Assembly: GCA_018649825.1 (NCBI GenBank)
Contig: JABIHC010000176.1
Span: 1-61,642 of the forward strand
Direction: 5' to 3'
Length of the DNA stretch: 61,642 nucleotides
From: Methanobacteriota archaeon
Lineage (GTDB): Archaea; Thermoplasmatota; Poseidoniia; Poseidoniales; Poseidoniaceae
The notes beneath the pieces were generated by a model that made no database searches, had not been told where the DNA came from, and saw only the letters and a program-made list of their open reading frames with translations. Below, one piece after another: positions 9,815 to 19,118 of this stretch; the stretch's first letter is position 1, and each line of letters starts with the position of its first letter. Made by a program: the position numbers and the translations under genes.

Positions 9815-11884
9815 ATGCGAGCAGTTGAGTCGGTGGCGATTATCGGAGCGGGTAACATGGGTTCAGGTATTGCCCAGAAAAGCGCACAGGAATTATTTGA
9901 GGTACAAATGGTTGACCGCGAAGAACAATGGGTTGAACGCGGGCAAGAAATTATTTCCAACTTCTTGGATGAAGCACTAGAACGGCGAATCTTTTCACCG
10001 AAGCAGGTTGATGACATCAAGGGAAGAGTTACGGGAGTAGTAGGCACGGAAAATGTTGACCCAAATACCGACTTAGTTATTGAAGCAGTGTTTGAAGACT
10101 TTGATATCAAAACTGCAGTTTTCAAAACCCTTGATGAAGTTTGTAATGATGATACAATTTTAGCCAGCAACACCAGCAGTTTATCGGTAAATGAATTAGC
10201 CGAAGCAACCGGTCGTCCTGACCGATTTGTTGGATTGCATTTCTTCTTCCACCCGGCAAAAAACCGCTTGATTGAAGTTATTCCTGCTAAATCTACTTCT
10301 GCTGAATCTTTGGCTTTGGTTGAGCAATACTGCAAAACCATGGGTAAAGTTGTTATCGTTTGCAAGGACAAGCCTGGGTTTGTGGTAAATCGGTTCTTTG
10401 TGCCGTGGCTAAATGAGGCTTGTTTGCTCGCCGAAGAGGGACTCGCAACTGCAGCACAAATTGATGCAGTGGCTTGCAAAGCATTCCGAATCGGCATGGG
10501 TCCATTCGCACTAATGAACTTGACCGGCCCCCCAATCGCCCTTCATTCAACCGACTATTTAGCAGAACAACTTAATTGTCCTCGATATACTGGCTCAGCA
10601 AACTTGAGAACCTTGGTAGAAGATGGTCGTATGTGGGATCTTGAAGGGGAAAAAGAGGTAGACGAGGCAACTGCAACTATAATTTCAGAAAGATTATTGG
10701 GCCAGGTGTTTGCCGTTTCAGCACAAATTGTAGATGAAGAGATTTGTTCCCTTGAAGATGTTGACCGCGGTGCAAAGGTTGGTCTTCGTTGGGCCCGTGG
10801 GCCCTTTGAATTAGCCAACCGGCTTGGGATTCCAGAAGCCCATAGAATGGCAGCAGCATATGCTGAATTAGCCGGTTTTGAATTACCTGCCTTTTTGGGC
10901 CAGCAAGCCAAAATGGATGAGCCATTTGAATTTTCATATATTGATGTGAAAATTGATGGCGGCGTCGCCACTGTATTACTAAACCGTCCGGAGGCAATGA
11001 ATGCACTAAATAGCACAATTGTTTCTCAACTGGGCGCCACACTGATTGATTTGAATGCAAATGATTCACTAGATACTATTGTACTTGAAGGTGCTGGAAA
11101 AGCATTCGTTGCCGGTGCAGATGTCAAATTCTTTGTCGATAAAATCCGAGCCGATTCAATATCGGACATTGTGGATTTTACTACCTATGGCCACGAAGTC
11201 TTAGGTATGCTTGAGTCAAGTCCAAAGACAACAATTGCAATGACTACTGGACTTGCTCTTGGTGGCGGACTTGAACTTGCACTTGCATGTGATTACAGAG
11301 TGGGAACTCGACGAACTCAATTCAGATTCCCTGAAACGAGTATCGGTATTTTCCCTGGACTCGGTGGCACCCAAAGGCCCGCAAGAATCTGCGGAATACC
11401 TGCTGCGCGCTGGGCGGTACTCGCTGGTAATTTTATGGACGCAAATACTGCTGCAGACTTGGGCCTCATTACCCATCTTGTTGAATCTGGAGAATTGGTT
11501 TCAACCGTAACAAGTATTCACGAAAGTGGAAAGCCCGAAAATAAGTACCGTGGATCCCCTGCAAATGCTGATTCAGGAATTGCCCAATTTGCAAATTCAT
11601 TCTATAGCGATACCAATATGAATGCACTTCTCGCAGGCGAATGCCCCGAAGGATTTGATGCTGACGATAAAATGGTTAGTCGGCAACTGAAATCACTTTC
11701 TCGCACCGCACCTATTGCCCTAAATATGGCTAATGATTTGATAAATAATGCACAAGATACTACTCTTGATGAAGGCCTACAGGGTGAGCTTGATGGACTG
11801 GTAGAAATATTTAGCACAACTGATTCACTTGAAGGACTATCTGCCCTAATTGAAGGACGCCGAGCCACTTTTCAAAACCAATAA
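9815..11884 (+). CDS. Bifunctional 3-hydroxyacyl-CoA dehydrogenase (N-terminal) / enoyl-CoA hydratase (C-terminal)
   Basis: The N-terminus has a Rossmann motif VAIIGAGNMGSGIAQ and 3HCDH blocks (ILASNTSSL, FVGLHFF.P, KPGFVVNR). The C-terminal crotonase fold shows VLLNRPEAMNAL, GAGKAFVAGADVK and GGGLELALACDYRV. The start is probably ATG 9815; the ORF opens at 9785. Confidence 0.9.
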   Translation: MRAVESVAIIGAGNMGSGIAQKSAQELFEVQMVDREEQWVERGQEIISNFLDEALERRIFSPKQVDDIKGRVTGVVGTENVDPNTDLVIEAVFEDFDIKTAVFKTLDEVCNDDTILASNTSSLSVNELAEATGRPDRFVGLHFFFHPAKNRLIEVIPAKSTSAESLALVEQYCKTMGKVVIVCKDKPGFVVNRFFVPWLNEACLLAEEGLATAAQIDAVACKAFRIGMGPFALMNLTGPPIALHSTDYLAEQLNCPRYTGSANLRTLVEDGRMWDLEGEKEVDEATATIISERLLGQVFAVSAQIVDEEICSLEDVDRGAKVGLRWARGPFELANRLGIPEAHRMAAAYAELAGFELPAFLGQQAKMDEPFEFSYIDVKIDGGVATVLLNRPEAMNALNSTIVSQLGATLIDLNANDSLDTIVLEGAGKAFVAGADVKFFVDKIRADSISDIVDFTTYGHEVLGMLESSPKTTIAMTTGLALGGGLELALACDYRVGTRRTQFRFPETSIGIFPGLGGTQRPARICGIPAARWAVLAGNFMDANTAADLGLITHLVESGELVSTVTSIHESGKPENKYRGSPANADSGIAQFANSFYSDTNMNALLAGECPEGFDADDKMVSRQLKSLSRTAPIALNMANDLINNAQDTTLDEGLQGELDGLVEIFSTTDSLEGLSALIEGRRATFQNQ

Positions 11885-11919
11885 TTAACCTCAATAGGTG
11901 CTGAGAAATTTATTTGTGC

Positions 11920-12420
11920 TCATGCCGTAGCCATACCAATAATAATTAATAATCCAAATCCAGCAATTACTAATACTGTCAAACCGATAATAATGATAGA
12001 AATAATACGTGCTATGTTGGCGTTACTTGCATCGGGATGACCGGGATATTGGTTGGTAACTTTTAATGCTTCATTAGCGACAATAAGGGCTGGAATTGCA
12101 AGACATATGCCACCGAAGAAAATTGAAACTATTGAAAGAACAAGAGCAACTGTTGCACTCGTTTGCGGGAAACCAGTAGTGAAAACTTGTTGGCCTCCTA
12201 CTGAAAATACCTGAGGATTTACTTGACCCATTTGTGGTTGTCCTGCGTAGGGCTGGCCCATTACTGGCTGGGCAAAACCAGTTTGTGTGGGTACTTGGCC
12301 GATAACAACTTGCTGGGGCTGGCCTTGTTTGGTTTGGTCCTCAATACTAGGTTGCACATAATGAACTGAAGAGCGATATTGTTTCAGCCTTTCCCTTGAT
12401 GCTTTGACAATTATTATCAC
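11920..12420 (-). CDS. Small membrane protein, Q/P-rich N-terminus plus two TM helices (DUF4190-like)
   Basis: A Gln/Pro-rich segment is followed by two hydrophobic helices (LVLSIVSIFFGGICLAIPALIV, IISIIIIGLTVLVIAGFGLLIII). The GTG start at 12420 is uncertain. Confidence 0.45.
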   Translation of the reverse strand: MIIIVKASRERLKQYRSSVHYVQPSIEDQTKQGQPQQVVIGQVPTQTGFAQPVMGQPYAGQPQMGQVNPQVFSVGGQQVFTTGFPQTSATVALVLSIVSIFFGGICLAIPALIVANEALKVTNQYPGHPDASNANIARIISIIIIGLTVLVIAGFGLLIIIGMATA

Positions 12421-12496
12421 GGCGAAGTATATTTTTGGGCGGTTTTGCGATTACATCAAGTATTACTTATTACACCGAGTGATAGGAGAGAGCCTA

Positions 12497-12958
12497 ATGC
12501 CTGACCCCGCAATGCAAGTTTCACAAGAAACTATAGAAGAAATTGAGTCTTTAGTGTCATCGACCTTAGAAAATGGAAGTCAAATTCGAAAATTATTAGG
12601 GCAAAAATCCGGAACTCCCCCTTGGACTGAAAATTGGGAAGTCGCTGCCGCGGTTGAAGCGCTTCATATCTTTGCAAGTAGATGGACAATTGAAATTCTA
12701 TCTGCCTTGTACATCACTGGGCCAAAGAGGTTCAATGAATTGAAATTCCTTTTGAAGGGGATTTCCTCGCGTACATTATCTGACAAATTGAAGATGCTTG
12801 CAAAAGATGGATTGGTAAATAGGTTGGTTTCTGATGGGCCTCCGGTAAAGGTTCAATATGTCCTCTCCGACCATGGCACTTTGTGTGGTAAACTACTTTC
12901 CCCTCTTGTTGCACATCTCAAATTGCATCTCGGCAGTGTTGTCTCAAACTCCCCCTAA
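12497..12958 (+). CDS. HxlR-family winged-helix transcriptional regulator
   Basis: RWTIEILSALYITGPKRFNELKFLLKGISSRTLSDKLKMLAKDGLVNR matches the HxlR core. ATG 12497 is preceded by GGAGAG; the ORF opens at TTG 12404. Confidence 0.8.
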   Translation: MPDPAMQVSQETIEEIESLVSSTLENGSQIRKLLGQKSGTPPWTENWEVAAAVEALHIFASRWTIEILSALYITGPKRFNELKFLLKGISSRTLSDKLKMLAKDGLVNRLVSDGPPVKVQYVLSDHGTLCGKLLSPLVAHLKLHLGSVVSNSP

Positions 12959-13013
12959 ACCCTAATCTATTATGGCGAGGGTTTGAATAATGGACATCGT
13001 TTGAGGTTAATTA

Positions 13014-13562
13014 ATGCGCCAGCGTAGTGTCATCTTGAGCCTCTTTTTTGTGGCAATAATGATGTCTTCCACAGTAGGTTGCATCGGGTTGACTCAAGTG
13101 CGAGAAGCCTTGGAAGGGATGCGCGGTGAACCAACACAAGGGCGCATTAGTGAAAGTTATAGCCTCAATCACACATTCACTGGTCTTTCAGCAGCACCAT
13201 TTTTTGCTTCAGAAGAAATTAAAGTAAATGATCGCGTTACTGAAATAAATATTTACTTTAGAGCAACAATGGATTTTGCCGATAACATACAAGTGGGTGA
13301 GGCGCGCTTTGTAAATGCAAAGTTATTGATGCCAGATGGAAGTGTATTTTGGGAAGAGGAAGCAACTAATTCAACAAGGCCCCAAGAAATTCGCACATAC
13401 CCGCCATTTGTAACTGGAATTTGGACTCTTGAAGTAGAAGCCAGAGGTTATGGTGCAGATTTAGTGGTAGTTGATTCATATGATGATTTCATGGTAAAGG
13501 TTACTGTTGAACAACAATGCACCTATTACCCTGTTGAAGACGATGTTTGTGCCTTTGATTAA
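13014..13562 (+). CDS. Hypothetical secreted protein or lipoprotein
   Basis: Has an N-terminal signal sequence with a lipobox-like TVGC (MRQRSVILSLFFVAIMMSSTVGCIG). The rest is hydrophilic and looks beta-rich. No recognisable catalytic motif. Confidence 0.5.
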   Translation: MRQRSVILSLFFVAIMMSSTVGCIGLTQVREALEGMRGEPTQGRISESYSLNHTFTGLSAAPFFASEEIKVNDRVTEINIYFRATMDFADNIQVGEARFVNAKLLMPDGSVFWEEEATNSTRPQEIRTYPPFVTGIWTLEVEARGYGADLVVVDSYDDFMVKVTVEQQCTYYPVEDDVCAFD

Positions 13563-13644
13563 TTGAAGCCAAGGTTGGTTGGCAAGTGATGTCAAATAGT
13601 TCTAATCAGTTGTGATTACTTCGGGTATTTCACAGTAGTTTTGA

Positions 13645-14880
13645 TTATACCAGCGACTCTGAACATGCATATCTGCGGCTACAAAAATTGCATTTGCCGG
13701 AACGTTCATGATTTCTCTTTGCTCCACCTTCAACCATTAGGCGTTGTATTTCTTTGACTGAGTTTTGAAGTTGTATTTTATTTACCTCATCCCATTCTAT
13801 TTGAAAAATTGATTCTTCGCCATATCTCAAAATACCAAAAGGAGGAACATTCCCTGTGCTATTTCCTACAAGATGCAAATAGGCCAACAACTGCATTATG
13901 TGGGAAAAATGAGGTTCCTTGGGAACCTTGCCGGTTTTTTGTTCAACAGGAATAAATTCTCCGTCAATTACTACGATTTGATCGGGTCGGCCTCGCAAAC
14001 CTATTGTCAAATCTTCAAGTAATCCGGCCGTCTTTGAATCATCGGAGTAGGCTATTTTTGCTTTATTGGCAAATCCAGTTAGATGACGAGCTTGTTCTGC
14101 TTTATTTATTGAAATAAGTACTCGTTGAAGACGCCATGAGGCAAAGAAAGTCCAAAATAATGCTACCATTAGCAAAATGTATCCTGCTTGAATTCTATCC
14201 TCTGCTCGACCTAAAGCAATACCATGAGCAGTAGTTAGTATTGAACCAAAGAAAAAGGCTGCTTCAGTTCGCCCACCCTCAGCCCAACCACCAATAAAGC
14301 CTGGTTTTTGAAAAATCGGTTCTACTAAATCATGATTGAATAATAGGATTTCTTTAGGAGGTTTAGATTTTGGTTCAGATATCCCCATCCACGAGCGCCA
14401 TGGAATTGTCGTCATTAGTAAACCAACGAAAAGCCAAACGATTCCGAGAATTACCAAGTACTTGGCAATAATGTATGGAGGCAATTTATCTTCAATATTG
14501 AGGAAAATGATGGCGTCAATGAGAAAAACAATAATTATTCCATACCACCATGACCATATCATTACTTCTTTTTGCGCATTCTGCCGATTAGCCTCATATT
14601 CCTCTACGACTTTATTAATTTCATCATGTGCCTTGATGCCCTCTTCAATTGCCTCACCAACACCTTTGACCCCTGAGCGCGACAATTGCCAAGACATTGG
14701 ACAATATCCGTGTTTTTCCAAATCACTTGCAGAGACATTTAGGGCCTCACCCTCCTCATTTCTCCAATAACCATCTTCGGATTGCTCGCCTTGAAATAAG
14801 ACATGTTTTGGATCACCATTTGAACCCTCATTGGTGCTAATAATAGCGCCATCAGTAGTGGTTGCGTCAGCATTTGTCAC
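13645..14880 (-). CDS. Cas4-family PD-(D/E)XK nuclease (4-Cys Fe-S type) interrupted by four predicted TM helices
   Basis: N-terminal VSASDLEKHGYCPMSW carries Cys60. The nuclease core is GRPDQIVVIDGEFIPVEQKTGK (D300, E313, K315), followed by the QxxxY-like HIMQLLAYLHL and the C-terminal CNFCSRRYAC. Four hydrophobic helices lie at about aa 106-252, between the first Cys and the core. Confidence 0.6.
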   Translation of the reverse strand: MTNADATTTDGAIISTNEGSNGDPKHVLFQGEQSEDGYWRNEEGEALNVSASDLEKHGYCPMSWQLSRSGVKGVGEAIEEGIKAHDEINKVVEEYEANRQNAQKEVMIWSWWYGIIIVFLIDAIIFLNIEDKLPPYIIAKYLVILGIVWLFVGLLMTTIPWRSWMGISEPKSKPPKEILLFNHDLVEPIFQKPGFIGGWAEGGRTEAAFFFGSILTTAHGIALGRAEDRIQAGYILLMVALFWTFFASWRLQRVLISINKAEQARHLTGFANKAKIAYSDDSKTAGLLEDLTIGLRGRPDQIVVIDGEFIPVEQKTGKVPKEPHFSHIMQLLAYLHLVGNSTGNVPPFGILRYGEESIFQIEWDEVNKIQLQNSVKEIQRLMVEGGAKRNHERSGKCNFCSRRYACSESLV

Positions 14881-15087
14881 TCCGATTCCTCCCCATGTGG
14901 CAAAGGCAAATTGCCCTCGCGGGAATAATACGATTAGGATTTACCCATCAATGTAACCCCGCCATAAGTCAATCAAAAATCTAATATTCTTCTTCAATAA
15001 TGCCGCGCTACTAGCGTTTTCTGCAGTTTTGAGTGGGCGAAGCGGTTATGAAGGGGGGGCTTGTGGGCCGGACGCTGAGGATTGCTA

Positions 15088-15696
15088 ATGACAGATATTG
15101 AAGCCCCACTCGTCTCTCTTGAGTTGTACGAAACCAATGCAGTAAACATTGGTACTCAACAGAAAAGCGCTGACATGAAGCGATTTATTTCTAAAATACG
15201 AGATGATGGACTTTACCTTCTTGACCTAAATCAGACCGATAGCCGCATTCGCACTATCGCCGATTTCCTCAACCGCTACCCGATGGACCGCATCATGGTT
15301 GTCAGTGCTCGACAGTATGGCCAACGCCCTGCAAGAAAGTTTGCAGAAGCAATTGGCGCAATTTCTGCGGTTGGTCGTTTCATCCCAGGAAGTCTAACCA
15401 ATCCTAAACTTTACACCTACATTGAACCAGAGGTTCTATTCGTCACCGACCCTGCTGCTGACCAGCAAGCTTTGACTGAAGCGGTTAACACTGGCCTACC
15501 AATTGTTGGTATTTGTGATGCCAACAATAACTTGCGCAATGTTGACTTAGCATTACCTGCAAATAATAAGGGACGACGCTCCCTTGCTCTAATCTATTGG
15601 ATTCTAGCCCGCGAAGTTCTAAAGAGCCGCGGGGAAATGACTGATGAGGCTTGGGCTGAAGCACAAGACCTTGACGAATGGGAATCTACTTTCTAA
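15088..15696 (+). CDS. rps2: 30S ribosomal protein uS2 (archaeal/eukaryotic SA type)
   Basis: Collinear with archaeal S2: GTQQKSADMKRFISKIRDDGLYLLDLNQT, PIVGICDANNNLRNVDLALPANNKGRRSLALIYW. ATG 15088 is preceded by GAGG; the ORF opens at TTG 15082. Confidence 0.9.
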   Translation: MTDIEAPLVSLELYETNAVNIGTQQKSADMKRFISKIRDDGLYLLDLNQTDSRIRTIADFLNRYPMDRIMVVSARQYGQRPARKFAEAIGAISAVGRFIPGSLTNPKLYTYIEPEVLFVTDPAADQQALTEAVNTGLPIVGICDANNNLRNVDLALPANNKGRRSLALIYWILAREVLKSRGEMTDEAWAEAQDLDEWESTF

Positions 15697-15828
15697 GTAG
15701 CCTTCAAAATATTGGGCCGCTTTAGGGCGAACAAATCATTGTTCACATTGCGATTGGTTTTCATTGTGTTTTTTCGCGCCAGTTGTAGCACTTAGAATTG
15801 CTAGGTTAGTCAACAACGAGGGTTGATT

Positions 15829-16857
15829 TTATTTCAATAGGGATTTATATTCATTTTGAAGATATTTGTGAACTGAGGCCGCTAATGCTTCGGGACTTCT
15901 ATCGCTCATCATTGCCTTTCTAGCCTCTCGTGCCCCTGGCAATCCTTTGGTAAATGAGACTGCATGGCGCATTAACCACTTGGCTTGGAATCCAACGGTT
16001 TCCTTACACAACTCAATATATCTATCCCAAGCCCATGAGCGAACAAGAAAATCTCTCTCAATTTGTTCGGCGCAGTCCCAAATGTTGGAAGAAATATCTT
16101 TTTGCCATGGCGGAGGTGATTCAACCCAATCCAAATCTTGCTTGATTTGGTTAAAAATCATTGGCCGCCCAATTGCGCCGCGGCCAATCATTAATCCTGC
16201 GGCGCCAGTAATCTCAAGACATTGTGCGGCATTTTTTGCATTTATAATATCCCCATTTGCTATGACCGGAATCGACACACCCCTAACTACTTCTGCAATT
16301 TCTTGCCAATTTGCTTCACCTGAATATCCTTGTTTGAGAGTTCTACCATGAACACATAATTGCGTGACACCTACGCCTTCCAAACGCTGGCAAATTTCAA
16401 CTACATTGTTGGCGCCTTTTCCTGTTCCAAGACGAAGCTTTGCTGAAATTGGCACCTCACTTGCATTCACACAAGCCTCTGCCATTTCCACTAGATCGTC
16501 TGGCATTCCCATTAGGGCCGCACCTGCGCAAGTACGAGTTACCTTAGTTGCTGGGCAACCGAAATTGAGGTCAATAATATCGGCTTTCCCTTGTAGAAGT
16601 TGCACTGTTTCCACCATTTCATCCTTCACGCCACCAAAAATTTGAGGAATAAATGGCTTTTCTCTGTCATCGCTTTCAAGCCTAACCCACGAATCAGCAA
16701 CATCACGTGAGATGGCTGCCGAAGAAGTAAATTCAGTTATTGTGAAATCAGCACCACATTCCCTTGCCAATAATCGAAAAGGGAGGTCTGTCACACCAGA
16801 CATCGGAGCCAAGTAAAGAGGTACTTTAGTCAACATTCTCACATCACCACCCATCAT
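15829..16857 (-). CDS. tRNA-dihydrouridine synthase (Dus family)
   Basis: LAPMSGVTDLPFRLL, IDLNFGCP and HGRT blocks indicate a TIM-barrel FMN enzyme. Length is typical for the family. Confidence 0.85.
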   Translation of the reverse strand: MMGGDVRMLTKVPLYLAPMSGVTDLPFRLLARECGADFTITEFTSSAAISRDVADSWVRLESDDREKPFIPQIFGGVKDEMVETVQLLQGKADIIDLNFGCPATKVTRTCAGAALMGMPDDLVEMAEACVNASEVPISAKLRLGTGKGANNVVEICQRLEGVGVTQLCVHGRTLKQGYSGEANWQEIAEVVRGVSIPVIANGDIINAKNAAQCLEITGAAGLMIGRGAIGRPMIFNQIKQDLDWVESPPPWQKDISSNIWDCAEQIERDFLVRSWAWDRYIELCKETVGFQAKWLMRHAVSFTKGLPGAREARKAMMSDRSPEALAASVHKYLQNEYKSLLK

Positions 16858-16878
16858 CGGACATTCTGAAATAACAAT

Positions 16879-18024
16879 TTATACCTTTTCCATTGACTCT
16901 TCTAATTGCTCGGCAACACGACGAAGTCGGCGTAATACGCGGTCCAAACGAGACTTACATGACTCAGCACAAATGAGGGGCGAAGTGCCAACCAACCTGT
17001 AACCTAAGGGCAGCCTCCCGCCCAATAAGTTAAGAAGTAGCATTTGTTGTTTAAGTTCTAGTTCTGATAATGACTTTTCTACAAGTTCGGGAGTTAATTT
17101 TCCTTTATTTAAGGCCTTGATTATCACATTTATTTCCCTTTCAGGCACTTGCCGATTAAGACCACCTTTCAACATCAACCAATCTTCACCACGTTTACGA
17201 TATTGGGATTCGAGGGCAGCCCAAATAGTGATGGAAAGGCGGTCGGTTCGAGGTACTCGTTCAACGATTCCGCTTGCACGAAAACGGTCGAAAATTCGGG
17301 TGAGGCGAGGCTTCGTTGCGCCGGTCATTTCTACTGCTTCATCAATTGAAAGAGGAGGACCTCTTTGGAGGAGAGTTTTGAATAGAGTTACTGGGACTGA
17401 GGTTGAATTCATTGATTTTGCAGGCCTATCGCCTAATAATCCAAGGTCAGCCATCCATGCTGATATTTCACACACACCTGCTACCGGAGGTAATGGAGAG
17501 GGTTCTGCAATCCATAACCGTAGAGGCAAGGGGGTTTGATTTGCCGAAGTAGGTATGTTCAATTGAATAGATGATTCATTTCGTTGCCACCATTTTTCAA
17601 GTAAAGACATTTGTAAATCTAAAACAATTCTCGCTTCTGCTGAAAATATTTTTATTGCTGCACTGAGTGATGCGCCGCGTAAAAAATGTCTCCTCCAACC
17701 ATCGCCTTCGCTTTTGCTGGCTATTAATCTACATTCATTGAGGCGGACAATATGGTGATGAAGACTTGGTGCCGCTAAACCTAATTCTTTTGCAAGTATT
17801 GATGCATCAACTCCTGAATTTGGATTTGCAAGGAAATGGTCCCGCAGCAAAACAACAACTGGTTGTTGTGAGTCACCAAACGAATGTTCTTCACCGCGGC
17901 GCCGTATCAAGCCAAAAGTTGCTACTAGCCAATTGATGAGTTGGTCTCTATCCCGGCCGGTCGGCAAAGGATGCTCCTCAATCCGGACTCTAAACATAGT
18001 TCGTCGGCAATGCCGACCGGTCAT
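16879..18024 (-). CDS. Hypothetical protein with two winged-helix-like segments (putative DNA-binding)
   Basis: ILAKELGLAAPSLHHHIVRLNECRLI and IDEAVEMTGATKPRLTRIFDRFRASGIVERV resemble wHTH recognition helices. No closer family was recognised. Confidence 0.4.
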   Translation of the reverse strand: MTGRHCRRTMFRVRIEEHPLPTGRDRDQLINWLVATFGLIRRRGEEHSFGDSQQPVVVLLRDHFLANPNSGVDASILAKELGLAAPSLHHHIVRLNECRLIASKSEGDGWRRHFLRGASLSAAIKIFSAEARIVLDLQMSLLEKWWQRNESSIQLNIPTSANQTPLPLRLWIAEPSPLPPVAGVCEISAWMADLGLLGDRPAKSMNSTSVPVTLFKTLLQRGPPLSIDEAVEMTGATKPRLTRIFDRFRASGIVERVPRTDRLSITIWAALESQYRKRGEDWLMLKGGLNRQVPEREINVIIKALNKGKLTPELVEKSLSELELKQQMLLLNLLGGRLPLGYRLVGTSPLICAESCKSRLDRVLRRLRRVAEQLEESMEKV

Positions 18025-18160
18025 AAGCCTGCGGTTAATAGTGGGCTAATAATTGACGTTTAATGCTGTAAACGAAATACAGGAAATTAATAATTCACTT
18101 GAATGTGAAACGAAACTGATTAGGAAGGCAAAACGGTGAGCGAGTGAAGGGGTGGAGAAA

Positions 18161-18775
18161 TTATTGCAAATGTTCAGCAATATCAATAATATTTGGCTTC
18201 ATTATTCCACGACGGCGAAGGACCTTAATTGCCGAATGAACTGTTGCTTTTGAACGCCCCAATTCACGAGCAAGAGCTGCTTGTGAGCGGGGGATTCCGT
18301 ACTCACGAATATGGTCAATGACTGCGCGTTGGGCTGCCGAAAGCCCGACTTCTAAGCGTGCTGCGGCTCGCTCAGGGTCAGATAATGGTCCACCCAATAC
18401 CTCAACATCATTAACAGAACCAGCAAAATAACAGGTCCTACCATTAACTCGCACAACTGTAATTGATTGGCGTGCTTGAAGAACATCAAGATGGTGTCGT
18501 AGTGAACCATTTGCTGCGCCGAGAGATCTCTGTAATTCACGGTAGCAAAGACCTGGGTGATCAATTAATTTCTCTATTACAGCACAACGCAAAGGATGGT
18601 TGTCAATTGCTTCATCAGAGCCAGATGAAATTATTCCCGTAGAACCAAATATTCCCACAAGAGAACCGGCTACTCCGGTAACTCCACCAACAACTCCGGC
18701 TAAGCCGGCGGCTAACCAAGGCCGCTGACGTACCCACTGTTGCAAGAGTGCCATTGAATACCAAGTATTAGGCAT
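18161..18775 (-). CDS. Membrane-anchored protein with two wHTH domains (ArsR/MarR-like)
   Basis: An N-terminal Gly-rich hydrophobic helix (PWLAAGLAGVVGGVTGVAGSLVGIFG) is followed by YRELQRSLGAANGSLRHHLDVLQ and QAALARELGRSKATVHSAIKVLRRRGI. Confidence 0.5.
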   Translation of the reverse strand: MPNTWYSMALLQQWVRQRPWLAAGLAGVVGGVTGVAGSLVGIFGSTGIISSGSDEAIDNHPLRCAVIEKLIDHPGLCYRELQRSLGAANGSLRHHLDVLQARQSITVVRVNGRTCYFAGSVNDVEVLGGPLSDPERAAARLEVGLSAAQRAVIDHIREYGIPRSQAALARELGRSKATVHSAIKVLRRRGIMKPNIIDIAEHLQ

Positions 18776-18823
18776 CGTTAATCAACCCAGCGCCTTTGTG
18801 ATTTGGTATAATTATTGAAAAAT

Positions 18824-18837
18824 ATGCAATATTGCAT
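18824..18837. promoter_or_regulatory. Perfect 14-bp palindrome ATGCAATATTGCAT just upstream of an AT-rich TATA-like element for the 18775 gene (candidate operator)
   Basis: The palindrome was read directly from the sequence. TATAATTA at about 18806-18813 lies 31-38 nt upstream of the ATG at 18775, which fits an archaeal promoter with a short or absent leader. Confidence 0.35.
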
Positions 18838-19118
18838 GAAACAATAGTTGAGGCAGGCTCATTCCAAACAAGTATGAGAGTTAATGTTTGATTGGCTATA
18901 ATAGCCGAAAAGAACTTTGCGAGGTTACTCGTCGCCTAGTCTGCCTGAATGAAGCCAAGTAGGTTAGCCGAGCGTTTTAGCAATGACGAACCCTATGAGT
19001 GCGGACAGGCATCAATCAATATCTATCTTCAACAATATTATTGTGGATTTTGATTTCCGAACATTCACCCAAGGAGTTGAATTTTTTCTCATTAATGTAT
19101 AAACTAATGATTTCACTA

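Noticed and set aside
9739-10497. A 252-aa ORF on the minus strand
   Set aside because: It lies entirely antisense to the well-supported dehydrogenase/hydratase gene. It has a Ser/Thr/Ala-rich shadow-ORF composition and no motifs.
18880-19010. Possible tRNA or structured ncRNA in the 343-nt intergenic region (GCCAAGTAGGTTAGCC D-loop-like string; short palindromes such as GGCTATAATAGCC)
   Set aside because: I could not build a cloverleaf: the acceptor stem reaches at most 5 bp, and neither strand has a GTTCRANNC T-loop. Structured RNA remains unproven; a covariance-model scan (tRNAscan-SE or Infernal) would settle it.
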